Assembly (NCBI RefSeq): GCF_001194135.2
Contig: NC_068996.1
Span: forward strand, 56,799,732 to 56,846,504
Reading direction: 5' to 3'
From: Octopus bimaculoides
Lineage: Eukaryota
Length of the DNA stretch: 46,773 nt
Positions within the stretch are counted from its first letter, which is position 1; every line of letters begins with the position of its first letter. Shown piece by piece: positions 1 through 12,408 of the stretch. Under the pieces are notes generated by a model. The model made no database searches, was not told the origin of the DNA, and saw only the letters and a program-made list of their open reading frames with translations. Both the position numbers and the translations under genes were made by a program.

Positions 1-108
1 TAGGATTGTAATATTTACATTATAGTATATAATAATAGTAATATATTATTTTAATGAATTAAAATATTTCAATCGTAAATCTCCACTTTCTTTTCATTTT
101 TTTTTGTG

Positions 109-154
<46 letters not shown>

Positions 155-159
155 TATAA

Positions 160-330
160 CCCATACTTCTGTGCTAGGCTTTAAAAAATGGTTTCTGTGA
201 TATTAGATGTTACATCCAGGCCATATGGAGGATTAAAACAAGTAAGATTACGTTTCATTCAGTATTGTAAAGCTTTGTGAGGTGTGTGCCGCTTTGTCTC
301 ATTGTTTTATTACTCCATCACTTTATTTCT
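160..330 (-). mobile_element. Penelope-like element fragment (linker between RT and GIY-YIG)
   Basis: Minus-strand translation KRNLTCFNPPYGLDVTSNITETIF (about 255 to 184) resembles the PLE motif RKRxIIWFNPP(F/Y)SxxVxTNIG. Confidence 0.5.
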
Positions 331-479
331 ACCCTTAAATATAAATTATCAATTGTTATATAGTTACTATTTTTAATCTTAATGTTTACATTATAAATAT
401 TTAAAATTTAGAATTTTAATATTTATAAGCTTATTTTTGACTAAATATATAACAACTGTTTCTTCATCATATCATCATC

Positions 480-1540
480 ATCATGTCTATTTCCTCATAT
501 TTGTACGGACTGGATTTCATATTGTTTAAAGGCATCTATTCCATATCTTCCTTGTTGTTGTTGTTGTTCATTTTTTTCAGGTTCCTTCCACTTTCATAGT
601 TTGGTAATTATTTATGCTAGCATTATCTGCCAAATATATCACATGTTCAGTCTTCACTCTCATATTCTACATCCAGTTCCTCTTAGAACCAGTTGTTTTC
701 TCCTCAATTCATTTCTGTTCAGTCATTCACATGCACTACTAGCATTACACATACAACAGTGCTTATTCACTTTATTTCCACCCATCAAACATCCTCATCA
801 TTCAAGTGTTTCACTGCCACTCAAATTCACACTTTGTTCACAAGCATCATACAATTAACTCTTCACTCAAAGAGATAATTTCTTCATTGCCAGTAGCAAT
901 AATAGTTGCCTGAACTTTTACAATCATTTTTTAACTTTGACATTTTTCTTTCAGAAAACCCCTCTCTATTGATAATTTGGTCCCTTGGGTAATGAAAACA
1001 ATCAACCATTTCCAGGGAGTCCTCTAAATATTTGAAACTGTTTATTTCATGGGTTGTCTCGTTCCTAATTAGTCCTTCTGCACATTTGCTACATGCAAAG
1101 TCCTCTTGTCACACAACCTGTAGTACCAATGTTTTTCTTGTATGCTATAGTTCACTCTATGTCATATAGAATTCCTACCTACTCCATTTTTACATATCCA
1201 GCATGGCCACCTTCCTCATTACTGTAGAATCCTACCTTCTTTCAAAATTAAGACATTCGTTTTTGCAAGGTTCCTTTTTGGGCCTTTCAATTTTAGATTG
1301 TTCTTTTTCATATTCTTCCCTAATTCCTTGACAAATTCTGTGTGACATCTAGCTGAATTTTCCCAAAGTCTCCATGGACAGCCAAATCGTAATTAAAACC
1401 CAGTCTTATGGCTGCGAGAACTGAGCATTTGTCTCGTGTTCTTTTATTGATAGTTCTCCACTTCCTGATGGCATCTTTCAATATGGCATACACAGCTCTC
1501 ACACAGATTTCATCAACATCTAGCTTTCTTGTTTTAATGC
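480..1540 (-). mobile_element. Old decayed RTE LINE, 3' half of ORF2 and (GAT)n tail
   Basis: Reverse complement is colinear with the RTE at 36770-37800 (e.g. gagagctgtgtatgccat, tgtccatgg = CPW, cattacccaagggaccaa ~ cattacctaggtgaccaa, aaagttcagg, ggcagtgaaaca) and ends in (gat)n near 470-485. Confidence 0.65.
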
Positions 1541-1679
1541 TCCACCACCACCACCACCTGACTAGTGAGTGTTATACCCTTTCAAAGGATTTAATCCAGA
1601 TCAATCAAGGCTTGCTGTAGTGGCTTTCTCTTTTGCTTGCAACTTCTGTATTTGTCACAATATGAAGAGTGCATCATCC

Positions 1680-1900
1680 TCATTATCACCATCATCATCA
1701 TCATTTTAACATCCACTTTTTTTATGCCTGGATTGGTCTTTGCGATAGATTTTCTATAATCAGATGCCTTTCCTATCACCAACCCTCACCTGTTTCCAAC
1801 TTAAGTAATAATCCCCCCCCCCCAGGGCCAGGCATATTTTCACCCAAAACTGGAAACAAATGACGCTGCTTGTGTGCCATTTGCTTACAGTCAGAACTAG
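1680..1900 (-). mobile_element. RTE 3'-tail-derived repeat inserted in the old RTE
   Basis: (CAT)n followed by ttttaacatccac...gatgcctttcctatcaccaacc, the same layout as the other tail copies. Confidence 0.5.
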
Positions 1901-2044
1901 GAGACACAAACAAACATACATTCATCCACTACCACCACCACCACATACATATATATGCGACAGCTCCCACACAATTTCCATTTACCAAATGAGTGGGAAT
2001 GAACCTGGATCCATGTGATTAGGAAGCAGATCACTCAAGCATAC

Positions 2045-2240
2045 AGACTGGCACAAATCCAAACTGCATCTCAGCTAATCTAATCTGCTTTCTAATTAGT
2101 TGTGCTATAGCTTTTTGTGTTACTCTCATAATATGGTTGATCTCTTTGATGCCTCTGTAGTTGTTTCTTTCTCGAACCATACACTTAAATTACCTCCACC
2201 CTTGTAGCAGTCGATGCTGTGATACTATTCATTGACAAAA
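2045..2240 (-). mobile_element. Upstream part of the same old RTE (RT N-terminal region)
   Basis: Reverse complement gactgctacaagggt...aactacagaggcatcaaa...gcacaactaattagaaag...gagatgcagtttggatttgtgcc matches 36445-36597 (NCYKG..NYRGIK..QLIR..EMQFGFVP). Confidence 0.7.
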
Positions 2241-2429
2241 ATTAATTAAAAAAAATATAACAAAAACACAGAAAGCAACAGGATGAATAAGTGAGAAAAT
2301 GAGTTAGTTGAATGCACAGTGAGAAAATATATCATTAATTTCCAGAACATTTTCCAAATTGACTTTTCATTCATAATGCTATACTTGGAAAAAAAAAAAA
2401 AAAAAAAAAAAAACAGTCTACAAAATGGA

Positions 2430-2760
2430 CACAGATAAGAAATTGATAACAAAAAGAAATATTAATAAATAAAAACAGTTGAAGTTGGCAACAAAAATAT
2501 CAGAAACATCTCGTTGGGAATTTTTCTAAGATGGTGTCTGTCTTGTAGAATTTACATAGTAAATACGTCCATCTCTGTAAAACATTTACCAAGGAAGTAA
2601 GTTGTTGAATTCAAGTTGTTCTGTAGTAATATTAAAATGTTTTTGATTAACTCAAGATGCCAATTCATCTTCTTTCTTCTGTTACCATACTTGTTAGCAG
2701 GTGCGAAAGCAAAGTTAGATCAGTTTATATTAATGGAACCATCATCATATTGCCTTAATC
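2430..2760 (-). mobile_element. Decayed Penelope-like RT fragment
   Basis: Frameshifted translation LIKNILILLQNN-EFNN... followed by RDVSDIFV resembles PLE RT (ILxNNxFxFNN...RYVDDIF). Confidence 0.45.
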
Positions 2761-3120
2761 TTCAAACACAGTTTGAGTTACATCTGGATACACACATACA
2801 TATAAATATGTACACATATATACATACATGCATACATACATGCATATGTATGTACGTATGTACATGCATACATACACACATATGTACATACATACATACA
2901 TATGCATGCCTTGTTAGTGAAAGTAGTATATGATGTGTGTGTATGTACTTAGAACCACACACATTCGCTTACATCATTTTGCAAAGTACCTCAAAAAATG
3001 CTTTCTAAGGTAAGAATCTATGAAAGTGCTCAATAAACTAGTAATTAGAGCTATATATTTTGTAGACATACTGAACGACAAAATAGTTTGAGGCCAAAAC
3101 TATATCAATGTGTGCATGTG

Positions 3121-3155
<35 letters not shown>

Positions 3156-3189
3156 TTGTGTGTGTGTGTGTATGTTGAGATCTATTCCT

Positions 3190-3560
3190 CCAATATGTTG
3201 TTGGTATGCATGCCAATGCAGAAATCAAAATGTTTTAAGGACACATCAAAACAGTGTCATGTCTGAACTCATGCATTCATTTGAGAGATGGCATCAACAA
3301 AATGGAATTAACGAAAGGAAAAAACTTACAAGCACGATACATGCTTGTATGATCTTGGGATGCCATTGCCTTAGTGAGAACTGATGGAATGTCGGTTTTA
3401 TCCCTAGTAATCCTACTTCAAAAGAGGTGAGTGAAGAGCTTCCCAATTTACACATTGTGAATTCATTTAAAGCCAAAATCCAATGCATTTAATTACATCA
3501 GTAGATCTTTCCAAATCTCTCTCAGTGGCCAAAGACGTTTTGAAACCTTCAAAACAATAA
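3190..3560 (+). mobile_element. Possible hAT (Charlie/SPIN-like) transposase remnant
   Basis: WDAIALVRTDG (resembling WxKLVSxTTDG) followed about 130 nt later by IQCI*LHQ (resembling HCIIHQ); heavily decayed. Confidence 0.35.
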
Positions 3561-3589
3561 TTGTTTGAAGTGCACATGGGTTCTTAAAC

Positions 3590-3990
3590 TCCAAATCTCC
3601 AAAACAGGTTGCATGGAAATATTGGCTTCAAATTTTGGAACAAAGCCAGCAATTTCTAGGGAGAGATCTAGTCCAGTGCTCCACAACCTTTTGTCACTTA
3701 TGGTATCCTTATATTCTTTCCAAAATTTGGCAGTACACCTGAACTAAAACTATAAGTAAAATTATAGGGGAAAAAATTATATTCAGGTTACACTGCAGCA
3801 CACCAATGTGTCATGGCATACTGGTTGTGGAGCACTGGTCTAATCGATTAAATTGTGCTCATGTTCAACTGGTGCCTGTTTTACTGACCCCTAATGGATG
3901 AAAGGCGAAGTTGAACTCAGAAAGAAAAGACAGGCAAAATACTTAGCATCGTTTTGCCTGGTGTACTAACAATATTGACAGTTTGCTGCC
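3590..3990 (-). mobile_element. SINE interrupted by a hAT MITE
   Basis: The two halves (3590-3673 and 3838-3990) reassemble into a copy colinear with the uninterrupted plus-strand SINE at 23895-24120 (ttcatcc..., gtgccaaaatttgaaaccaatatt tail). Confidence 0.65.
3674..3837. mobile_element. 164-bp hAT-type MITE
   Basis: Perfect 15-bp TIRs CAGTGCTCCACAACC (3674-3688) / GGTTGTGGAGCACTG (3823-3837); degenerate 8-bp TSD atctagtc / gtctaatc (6/8) fitting the Charlie-type NTCTARAN target. Confidence 0.85.
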
Positions 3991-4650
3991 ATAATAATGA
4001 TGATGATGATGATGATGATAAAATACACATCACTTCTACAGTAAGACAAGGAGCAAATATAAAGGATTTGGTATCCAGTACAAAAATAAGAAATGGTAGA
4101 AATATTTAGATTAGTATTTAATGGATCATGCCTTACTGGACATTGTTGTCAAATACCCCTGAAATGTTCTTCTCCTTGAATTATATAACCTTAACTGAAT
4201 ATATGTTCAAGTGTAACTAGGGTTCTTGTACTGCCGTGTATAGTCTCAAAAAACAAAATACAAATGATGAAACCTAATGCTGGCAGCAATGAAGCATTTT
4301 GGTTCACTTTTAGATTTCTAATTCATAGACTAAACACCACCTTCCAACAACTGTCTGTCTGGAAATGGACATAGAGTTTAATTTACTCAAGAAAATCATT
4401 GGTAACAGAAAATCATTAAAAGAATACAAATTTGATTCCACTCTTAAAAATTTTGTCAGAATAATTCTTTTATACTGTCATACATTTCAGTCTGGAGAAA
4501 AACAAATAGAAAAGGAGAAAATGAGGCAACCCTATGAATGTATGTATGTATGTGTGTGTGTGTGTATGTATGATTGTATGTATGTATACATGTATATATG
4601 CAAGTAGTCTTTTTAATTTAGAGTAAATTTCAACCAATCAAAGTTGTTCA

Positions 4651-5225
4651 TCATCCTTTAAATCCTGAGAAGGTCTTGCAAATTTTTATAGTCCCAGACA
4701 TGATCAATTGTAGCATCTGAAGTAAGTAGTTGTATTCTTTCTGCAAGAACCCATGTTGAACCATACTTTGCTCCAGACTGGTTGGTACATATCCTGTTGC
4801 ACCCATTATAATAGGTATGAAACTGAAAGTGTTTCTTGCGTATTGTATCTGCAAACCCCTTATCAATGGTCCATAGATGTCCTCTTTCTCTTGTATTTTC
4901 CAAACTGCCCTGAAACCAGCCGATTTCCACAACAGGGCATATCTTTTCTTTGTGTTCCCACACAACGGGATATCTGACCAGTTGTGTTTTAACTTGGTGT
5001 CTGTTATATCTTTTAAGTTCCACCAATATTCTTTTTACTTCATTGGTCTCAATATGGTCAACTTTGTTTGTAGGTGTTCTCTTTTTTTGTTGTCTTGTCC
5101 CAGACTGTTCTGGTCACTGCCATCATACCTTATGGGAAGAATATATCTGGAAGACATTCTCTCTTAGTTGGCAATAATGTAGTTGATGTCTTCATTCTTG
5201 GTCGTGCAAAGCCTACATTTGTTGT
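4651..5225 (-). mobile_element. C-terminus of a non-LTR retrotransposon with CCHC knuckle and restriction-like (PD-D/ExK) endonuclease (R2/R4/NeSL group)
   Basis: DNKCRLCTTKNEDINYIIAN*ERMSSRYILPIRYD (decayed CxxC-x8-H-x4-C...RHD), then KLKHN..DI.VVWEHKEKICPVVEI, EKEDIYGPLIRGLQ, FIPIIMGATGYVP, SGTIKICKTF. Confidence 0.85.
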
Positions 5226-5479
5226 CAGTCATGTATATATGTGTGTGTGTATGTATATGTATGTGTGTATACGTATGTGTGTATGTATGTATGTTTGTGT
5301 ATGTTTGTATGTGTACATATGTATATATGTATGCTGTATGTATGCATGCATGCAAGCAGGCAGGCAGGCAAGNNNNNNNNNNGCAAGCAGGCAGGCAGGC
5401 AAGCAGGTGTATGTATGTATATTTGTATTTATTTATACAGGTATGTATGTATGTGTGTGTGTGTGAGAGATTGTAAGTA

Positions 5480-7140
5480 CGGTGTCTTTGTACATGTGTA
5501 GACATCCTGGGCTTTTAAACATGAAGCCATGGCAAAAGTCTACATGGTTCATTGAAACTAATATGTGTGCTTCATATGCTTGTGTATTGCTTCATGATGT
5601 TTAAAGAACCCACATTCTTTGAGATATTATGAACAACCCTGGTCAAATGTGGGACATAAAGTGAAAGATATGTTTCAAAAAGAGTTGTTCTTGAAACTTC
5701 TACACAGTGGATGGGATGGCCACTATGATAGAAACAGCAGTTTCACTGTCACCAAACAAACTCAAATATTTCTTTGTCATTGTGCTGCAGGTCTGTAATA
5801 TTTACAACCCACTTGCTTCATAGCAAGATAACTGACAAGATCTGTGAAAAGTATCAGGCCCAAAAGAAGAATCTCAATATAAATCTTGTCTACAATGTTA
5901 CCATCTTGGACTTAGTGATTATTGTCATTATGGACAAAGCATTTTTTCTAGGCAGAAAGGAGCTTCCATCATTTGATTTTTTAAGTTAACCAGAGTCAAA
6001 GTGATAGCTTTCACCAAAAGGTTCTTCATAAGACAGTTTATAATTAGGATCAACAAAAAGTTCCTTTTAAAGAGCTAGAGTAACTAATCTGACACAGGTA
6101 AAACAGTCAACAGTTATCAAGTTCTTTGTTTGAAAAAAGTGAACTATTTTACCTTGATGCAACCGAGGAACCATAAAAACTTTTCTTACCGACCACTTTA
6201 TGGCAAAAGTTAACCAAAACCAGGAAATTGCACTTGCAGTTGGTTCTTTTAAGATTGCAGTAACTGCCCACCTGGAGGTAACTCAGTTCATCTTAAAATC
6301 ATGTTCCATTTTAACTTGACAACAAATGAGAGGTAATATCAGTAAAAGAACTGAAAAGGTAGAATTATTGTTTTTAGTTGAGTATAAAAAAAGTATCATA
6401 AGTTCTGGAAAGTTCACTACAAGATATCCATGGAAACAGAAATATAATGAGAGGAGAACCTAATTTAGTTTTTGGCTTGAGATTTGACAAATATTGGCAA
6501 TTATTCCAAGAGTCAAGTGAACAGATGAACTTTCAGTTTCATAAAGATTAATTGGATCTTTAATGAAATGTAAAACAATTTATGAGTTGATTATTGGGAC
6601 AACTCCTGGTCTAAATCAAGAAATCTTTTAGTAAAGATCAATGCTATGTGTTAATTATTCTCAAAACCACTGGTCTCTATCAAAAAGTCATCTAGGAGAG
6701 TTTCCAAAGTCACTTGAATTTCCAAGATTCCATCACATGGTCTCAGTCTTTAAACAGAAACACCAGCAAACTTCTTCATGGACCCAAGATCTGTACAATA
6801 CAACAAAACTAGTTGTTAAGTACTCCTGTCCAATATTGTTGAGAATACAATACATTCTGGATGTTGCAAAAATAAAAATAAATATTTATTCTGAGAATCT
6901 TTACCAATTCAAATGATATGCCATTTCAATTGAAGGACACCATAAATTCTCTGGTGCCCAATTTTTACAATGTCCATCCACAAATCCCCCAAAAAAGTGA
7001 GACATAAGTATAATTAGAGATTGCTGATTCTCTCATGAAGAGCCCTATGTCAGATGTTCACTGATGGACAGTAAAAAAAGTCAGAACAATGATCAAAATA
7101 GAAAACCCCAAAACATTGTTTAGCATGAAGTTCTTTATGA
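5480..7140 (+). mobile_element. Decayed Helitron Rep/Helicase (Pif1-like helicase region)
   Basis: Ordered frameshifted motifs: KVYMVH, LLHDVKEPTFFE, ETAVSLSPNKLKYFFVIVLQVC, LFYLDA..KTFL..AKVNQNQEIALAV, PGG, LQDIHGNRNIM, QILAIIPR, LYNTTKLVVK, NDMPFQ, FTMSIHKS, QNIV*HEVL. Confidence 0.85.
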
Positions 7141-7964
7141 ATTTTATGTCTAGGTACTTACAAAGTTAAAACTATTCTTAACCATTCAACCATGTCAAAA
7201 AATACATAAACATCCTTGTTTGAAATAATACAATTATGTAGAAGTACCATGGTTCTTTTATCAAGAAATTTGTTACCATGTGAATGTAGCATTTTGCAGT
7301 TGTGCTTTGTTGTAAATGCATGGTGAATCTATGAAAGAATGTTGTGCTCATACAGCCAGTGTAACACTTGGAGTTATGCAATTTACAACTTTCACTTTTA
7401 CAGTCAAAATTATAAATTACATTGGTCAGTTGTGACTTGTGTTTTTGGATTAAATGCTTGTGGTGTGCATGTAGGTGGTTTTTTGAAAATCTATTCGGGA
7501 CTTCCGCAGTTCCAATTACAAATTCAACAGTTATAATGACCTGTAATTTACACATTCTGCAGTAAATTGCAAAGGACCTTGGGAATAATTTTACAAGAGA
7601 TAAAATCCTCAACACCAGAATTTTTAAGTCTTGGTAGATTTCATGATATCATGAAATGTGTAATAAATTTGTGTGTTTAATTCTGATTGTATACTGTTGC
7701 TATTAGTAAAGATGCCACAGTTATTCTCTTTTTCATTATTTGATTATTTGTAGAATTCTATATAAATTTGGTGAGTATTTTTCTAACCTATAGATTTTTT
7801 AGCAAAACTGCTGTGTGACCAAAACTTTACTGATAGCAAAATAAACACATAGATATATCAGATGTATTGTGATGTTATGTATATGTGTGTGAGTGTATAT
7901 GTATGTATGTATGTATGTATGTATATATGTATGTATGTATGCATGTGTGTGTGTGTATTTTTAT

Positions 7965-8346
7965 ACTTTTATTTTTTGCTTGTTTCACTCGCTAAACTGT
8001 GGTCATGCTGGGGCACCACCTTAAAGAATAAATCAACAGCAATACTTATTATTTTTTCTTCCAAAGTCTGGTACTTATTCTATTGATCTCTTTCACCAAA
8101 CTATTAAGTTGCAAGGACATAAACACACCAACACCGGTGTCAAGTGGGGAATAAAGAAAGACAAAGTCTCACGCACACACATATGCACATATATATATAT
8201 ATATATACATATATTTACGACGGGCTTCTTTCAGTTTCTGTCTACGAAACCCACTCACAATGCTTTCGTTAGCCCAAGGCTATAGTAGGAGATACTTACC
8301 CAAGGTGCCATGCAGTGGGAACTGACCTGCAACCATGTGTTTGAGA
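7965..8346 (-). mobile_element. tRNA-derived SINE with internal (CA)/(TA) microsatellite
   Basis: Reverse complement of the family at 42728-43100 (ggcaccttgggtaagt..ctactatagccttgggc, gaaactgaaagaagcccgtcg, gtggtgccccagcatg tail). Confidence 0.8.
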
Positions 8347-8509
8347 TGCCTATATATACATATGTTTATAAATAGTTATATACATACACATGTATAAATA
8401 CATGTGTGTGGGTGTGTGTGTGTATGTATGTGTGTCTATATACATATACATATATATATGTATATATGCACACGTATAGCCATACATATACATATGTACA
8501 TCATATACA

Positions 8510-8554
<45 letters not shown>

Positions 8555-9361
8555 CTCATACACACACATAATGGTTAGATAGATGTATTCTTGTACATAT
8601 GGAAGGATCATATAGATAGATATGTATACATGTATGTATGTGCATACATGCACACAAAACACGTATGCAGATATAGATAGGTATACATATATGTGATGTA
8701 TTCATACTTCATACATACTACAATATTTTCTAAACGTTGATGACAGAATATGCTATTGTGATGGAGAAAGCAAGAATTCTGTTGTGCTGATCGAGTACTT
8801 TATTGGGTGAAGTGTGAACAATATAGTACACATTTCTCGAGGGATTTTCATTTCATGGGACAAAGTTGTGTACTTCACAATGACGACTGTCACTTGACAT
8901 CATCAAGTTGGTTGGCATTCAATGCTTCCAGCCATTACCTTCATTCACCATTTCCTTGACATTGATTGGTGTAAAAAAGTCAGCTGTCGCAAACCGATTT
9001 ACGTATATTATGGAATTCTGGTTAAGTACATGTATGCGCAGATTTGTGTGTGAATGTTTGTATTTTACAAATGAAGGGGTAAAATAACACAAAGGTTTCT
9101 GTACATAGTGTATGATTTATTTGTAGCTGAAGTTTTGGGGGGTTTTATTTACATTTTTTATCTTCTATTTTCTTTCTTTTTTTTTTTTGTTCTGCTGTTG
9201 TTTTGTTGGTTGGTTTTTATTTGAATTGTTACTCTGAGAATACAGCTGCCGCTTATTTAAATAATTGTATAATCAGCAATGTAAAACTTGAGTTATGTTT
9301 CAGCATCTAGAAACATAAATGATGTAGATGTTGTCAATGACGATGATTTTGAATTTATATA

Positions 9362-9404
<43 letters not shown>

Positions 9405-9410
<6 letters not shown>

Positions 9411-9628
9411 TCGTTATTTAATGTCCATTCTCCATGCTGGCAAGGGTTGCATGGTTTGACCAGGCTGGCATGCTGGAAGGCTGCACCAAATTCCAGTCTG
9501 ATTTGGCATGGTCTTCTACAGCTGGATGCTCTTCCTAATGCCAACCACTCTGAGAGTGTACTGCGTGTTTTTACATGCCATTTGTACGACACCGGTATCT
9601 GCCACAACTGCGATTTTGCTCAGCTTGA

Positions 9629-9630
<2 letters not shown>
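9405..9630 (-). mobile_element. RTE 3' UTR/tail copy
   Basis: Matches the reverse complement of 38260-38430 (ccatgctggc..ggtt, ctacagctggatg..cttcctaatgccaaccact). Confidence 0.8.
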
Positions 9631-9716
<86 letters not shown>

Positions 9717-9726
9717 CATATATATA
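9629..9726. repeat. Long (TA)n microsatellite, representative of dozens of (TA)n, (CA)n, (TACA)n, (GATA)n, (ATT)n and (ATC)n tracts
   Basis: Directly visible; others at e.g. 15150-15239, 28205-28272, 39880-40030 and 43270-43330. Confidence 0.98.
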
Positions 9727-10089
9727 AGTCAGTAAATAGTAGGGTTGTGTTAACCGCACGTGGAGAAATAATAGGAAAATGAAAAAAAGGCAGAATGCTA
9801 AACTGGAAGCATATTTTAATAAAGATTTCTAACCGGTTTTCATTGCGAAGCAAATTATCAAGAAGAAGGAGAATGAAAATGTTTTTTACAAAGAAGTACA
9901 AAATGAAGAAAATAATATATAAAAAAAATAATATATAAAAAATAAATATACCAATACATTATATTGTCTTTGAGCTTTTGAAGTTCAATGGTAGTTCATG
10001 TATATAATGGTAGGAAAAATAAGGAATGCATGAGAATTGAGAGTTTTGTTAGGTTTAAACCTAACAAAACTCTCAATTCTCATGCATAT

Positions 10090-10215
10090 ATGTATATTTA
10101 TATACTCTTTTACTTGTTTCAAGTCATTTGACTGTGGCCATGCTGGAGCAGCACCTGCAGTTGAGCAAATTGATTCCACGACTTATTCTTTGTAAACCTA
10201 GTACTTATTCTTTTG
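10090..10215 (-). mobile_element. SINE 3' tail
   Basis: ttttacttgtttcaagtcatttgactgtggccatgctggagca is the reverse complement of the SINE tail at 43050-43100. Confidence 0.75.
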
Positions 10216-10229
10216 GTCTTTGAAATTTA

Positions 10230-10395
10230 CAAAAACAAAAGATAAAGACAGGTGTGTAAACAACAAGCAGGTGTATTAATTTAATGCTCAGGAAGGTGAG
10301 AAAATCTTTTACATTTCAAGCCAACACTCTTCAACAGAAATGTACACGAAGAAATATACAGACAGAGAATAAAATCACTTTAGGAGCTATCGGTC
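10230..10395 (-). mobile_element. PLE-type terminal repeat copy carrying a decayed hammerhead motif
   Basis: Homologous to 21165-21360, 24560-24680 and 30125-30310. Confidence 0.65.
10305..10342 (-). ncRNA. Decayed minimal type I hammerhead motif
   Basis: Minus strand: CAUUU-CUGUUGA-A-GAGU-GUUG-GCUU-GAAAU-GUA-AAAGA; differences from the 21257 copy are mostly CpG transitions. Confidence 0.5.
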
Positions 10396-11429
10396 AATGT
10401 GTATATATATATATATACATATATATATATGTATATATGTATATATATTTATTCATATATATACATGTGTGTGTGTGTGTGTGTGTAAATTGTCAGATGT
10501 ATCTATATGCATGAACATATATGCAGCTGCAAGTGTGACTGTGCAATCAAAAACTCCAGTTCCTAATCATGTGGTTACAGTTTCATTCCCACGGCTCAGC
10601 AAATGAAAGATCTTTAGATGAATTGACAGAAACTGGTAAAATGCACAAAGATTCAGCCATATTTTGTCTGTATGCAGGCATGTGTGTGTGCATGTGGGTG
10701 TATGTATGTGTACNNNNNNNNNNNNNNNNNNNNNNNNNNNNNNNNNNNNNNNNNNNNNNNNNNNNNNNNNNNNNNNNNNNNNNNNNNNNNNNNNNNNNNN
10801 NNNNNNNNNNNNNNNNNNNNNNNNNNNNNNNNNNNNNNNNNNNNNNNNNNNNNNNNNNNNNNNNNNNNNNNNNNNNNNNNNNNNNNNNNNNNNNNNNNNN
10901 NNNNNNNNNNNNNNNNNNNNNNNNNNNNNNNNNNNNNNTATGTGTGTGTATGTCTGTATGTATGTGTGTGTATGTACATATCCATGTACGTATGTATGTG
11001 TGTATATGTATGCGTGGATGTATGTATGTGTGTATATGTATGCGTGGATGTATGTCTATATGTGTTTGTATGTATGTATGTCTATGTGTATGTATAAATG
11101 CATGTATGTATATATGAATGTATAGATGCATGCATCTATGTATGTATGTATGTATGTCTATATGTATGTATACCTGTGTATATATGTATGTACATATGTG
11201 TGTAAGTATGTATGAATGTATGTGTATGTATGTCATACATATGTATGCCATGCGTATGTATGTATGCCTGTCTGTCTCATTGTTAAAGTGCTTGTGAAGG
11301 ATATTTTTCAACTCAAAATATGAGGACTAAGTAAATATTTATTTGGTGATGTTCCAATATCTTTGTTGGTCTTATTTTACATATTCAATGTTCTATTTGC
11401 ACTGCTACCACCTCCTTTCACATTGGTTC

Positions 11430-11495
11430 CTGCACCACTACCACATGAATATAACCCATGCCAGCATGGAAAAAGGAGACATTTAAATGATGATA

Positions 11496-11530
<35 letters not shown>

Positions 11531-11587
11531 AACGTTGATATATTCATACATACACACACTAACATATACATTCACACACATACGTAT

Positions 11588-11620
<33 letters not shown>

Positions 11621-11950
11621 TTCTTCTTCATGTAATATCCATGTTCCATGCTGGCATGGGTTGAACAGTTTGAGAGGATCCAGTTGGTCCAAGGACTACA
11701 TTAGTTCCAATGTCACCTTTGGAATGGTTTCTATTGCTGGATGCCCCTTTTTCCTAATAACAACTGCTTTATATTTGTTGCCTCAGTAGTTTTTTCATGA
11801 CAGCAGCACTAATGAGGCTGCTTTGTGACTTACAGCTGAATGGTTCTTTAGTAGAAAGAGAGGCAGCTTTGAGATAAGTGATGGAGAGTTCAAAGCATGA
11901 GAAGGAACCAGAAATGAATAGGTTTCTTACTGTAGAGTGGATATATGACT
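11430..11950. mobile_element. Two convergent RTE 3'-tail copies (+ at 11430-11530, - at 11585-11950)
   Basis: aacccatgccagcatggaa+(GAT)n faces (ATC)n+ttccatgctggcatgggtt. Confidence 0.75.
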
Positions 11951-12375
11951 ATTCCCATTATTATCAAAATCTATTCATAAACACACACACAAACATATAT
12001 TTTTGGTACCTAAAACCTGTGCAGGCCATCTCAGATTGTTGACGTTGATGTAGTTGATGTGTNNNNNNNNNNNNNNNNNNNNNNNNNNNNNNNNNNNNNN
12101 NNNNNNNNNNNNNNNNNNNNNNNNNNNNNNNNNNNNNNNNNNNNNNNNNNNNNNNNNNNNNNTTTGAAAATAAAGTGTTTATTAATAAATGCTGTTTTAG
12201 TTGAATCTAATACTACAAAAATAAACAGCTGTTAACTTAATGGCTGAAGCAATAAATAAACAGAAAGAGGCCCCATAATTGCAAATTTTATTTTCATCTA
12301 ATTTTGATCATGTTCTTTTTATATATATATATTTTGTATTTCAAGTTGTTTATGTGTGTAAGTGTATGCGAGTGT

Positions 12376-12408
<33 letters not shown>

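Noticed and set aside
3375-3432. 52-nt exon candidate ending GAG|GTGAGT
   Set aside because: Lies within the probable hAT transposase remnant.
7179-7620. piggyBac-like element starting TTAA|CCATTC
   Set aside because: No matching right end or convincing transposase motif was found.
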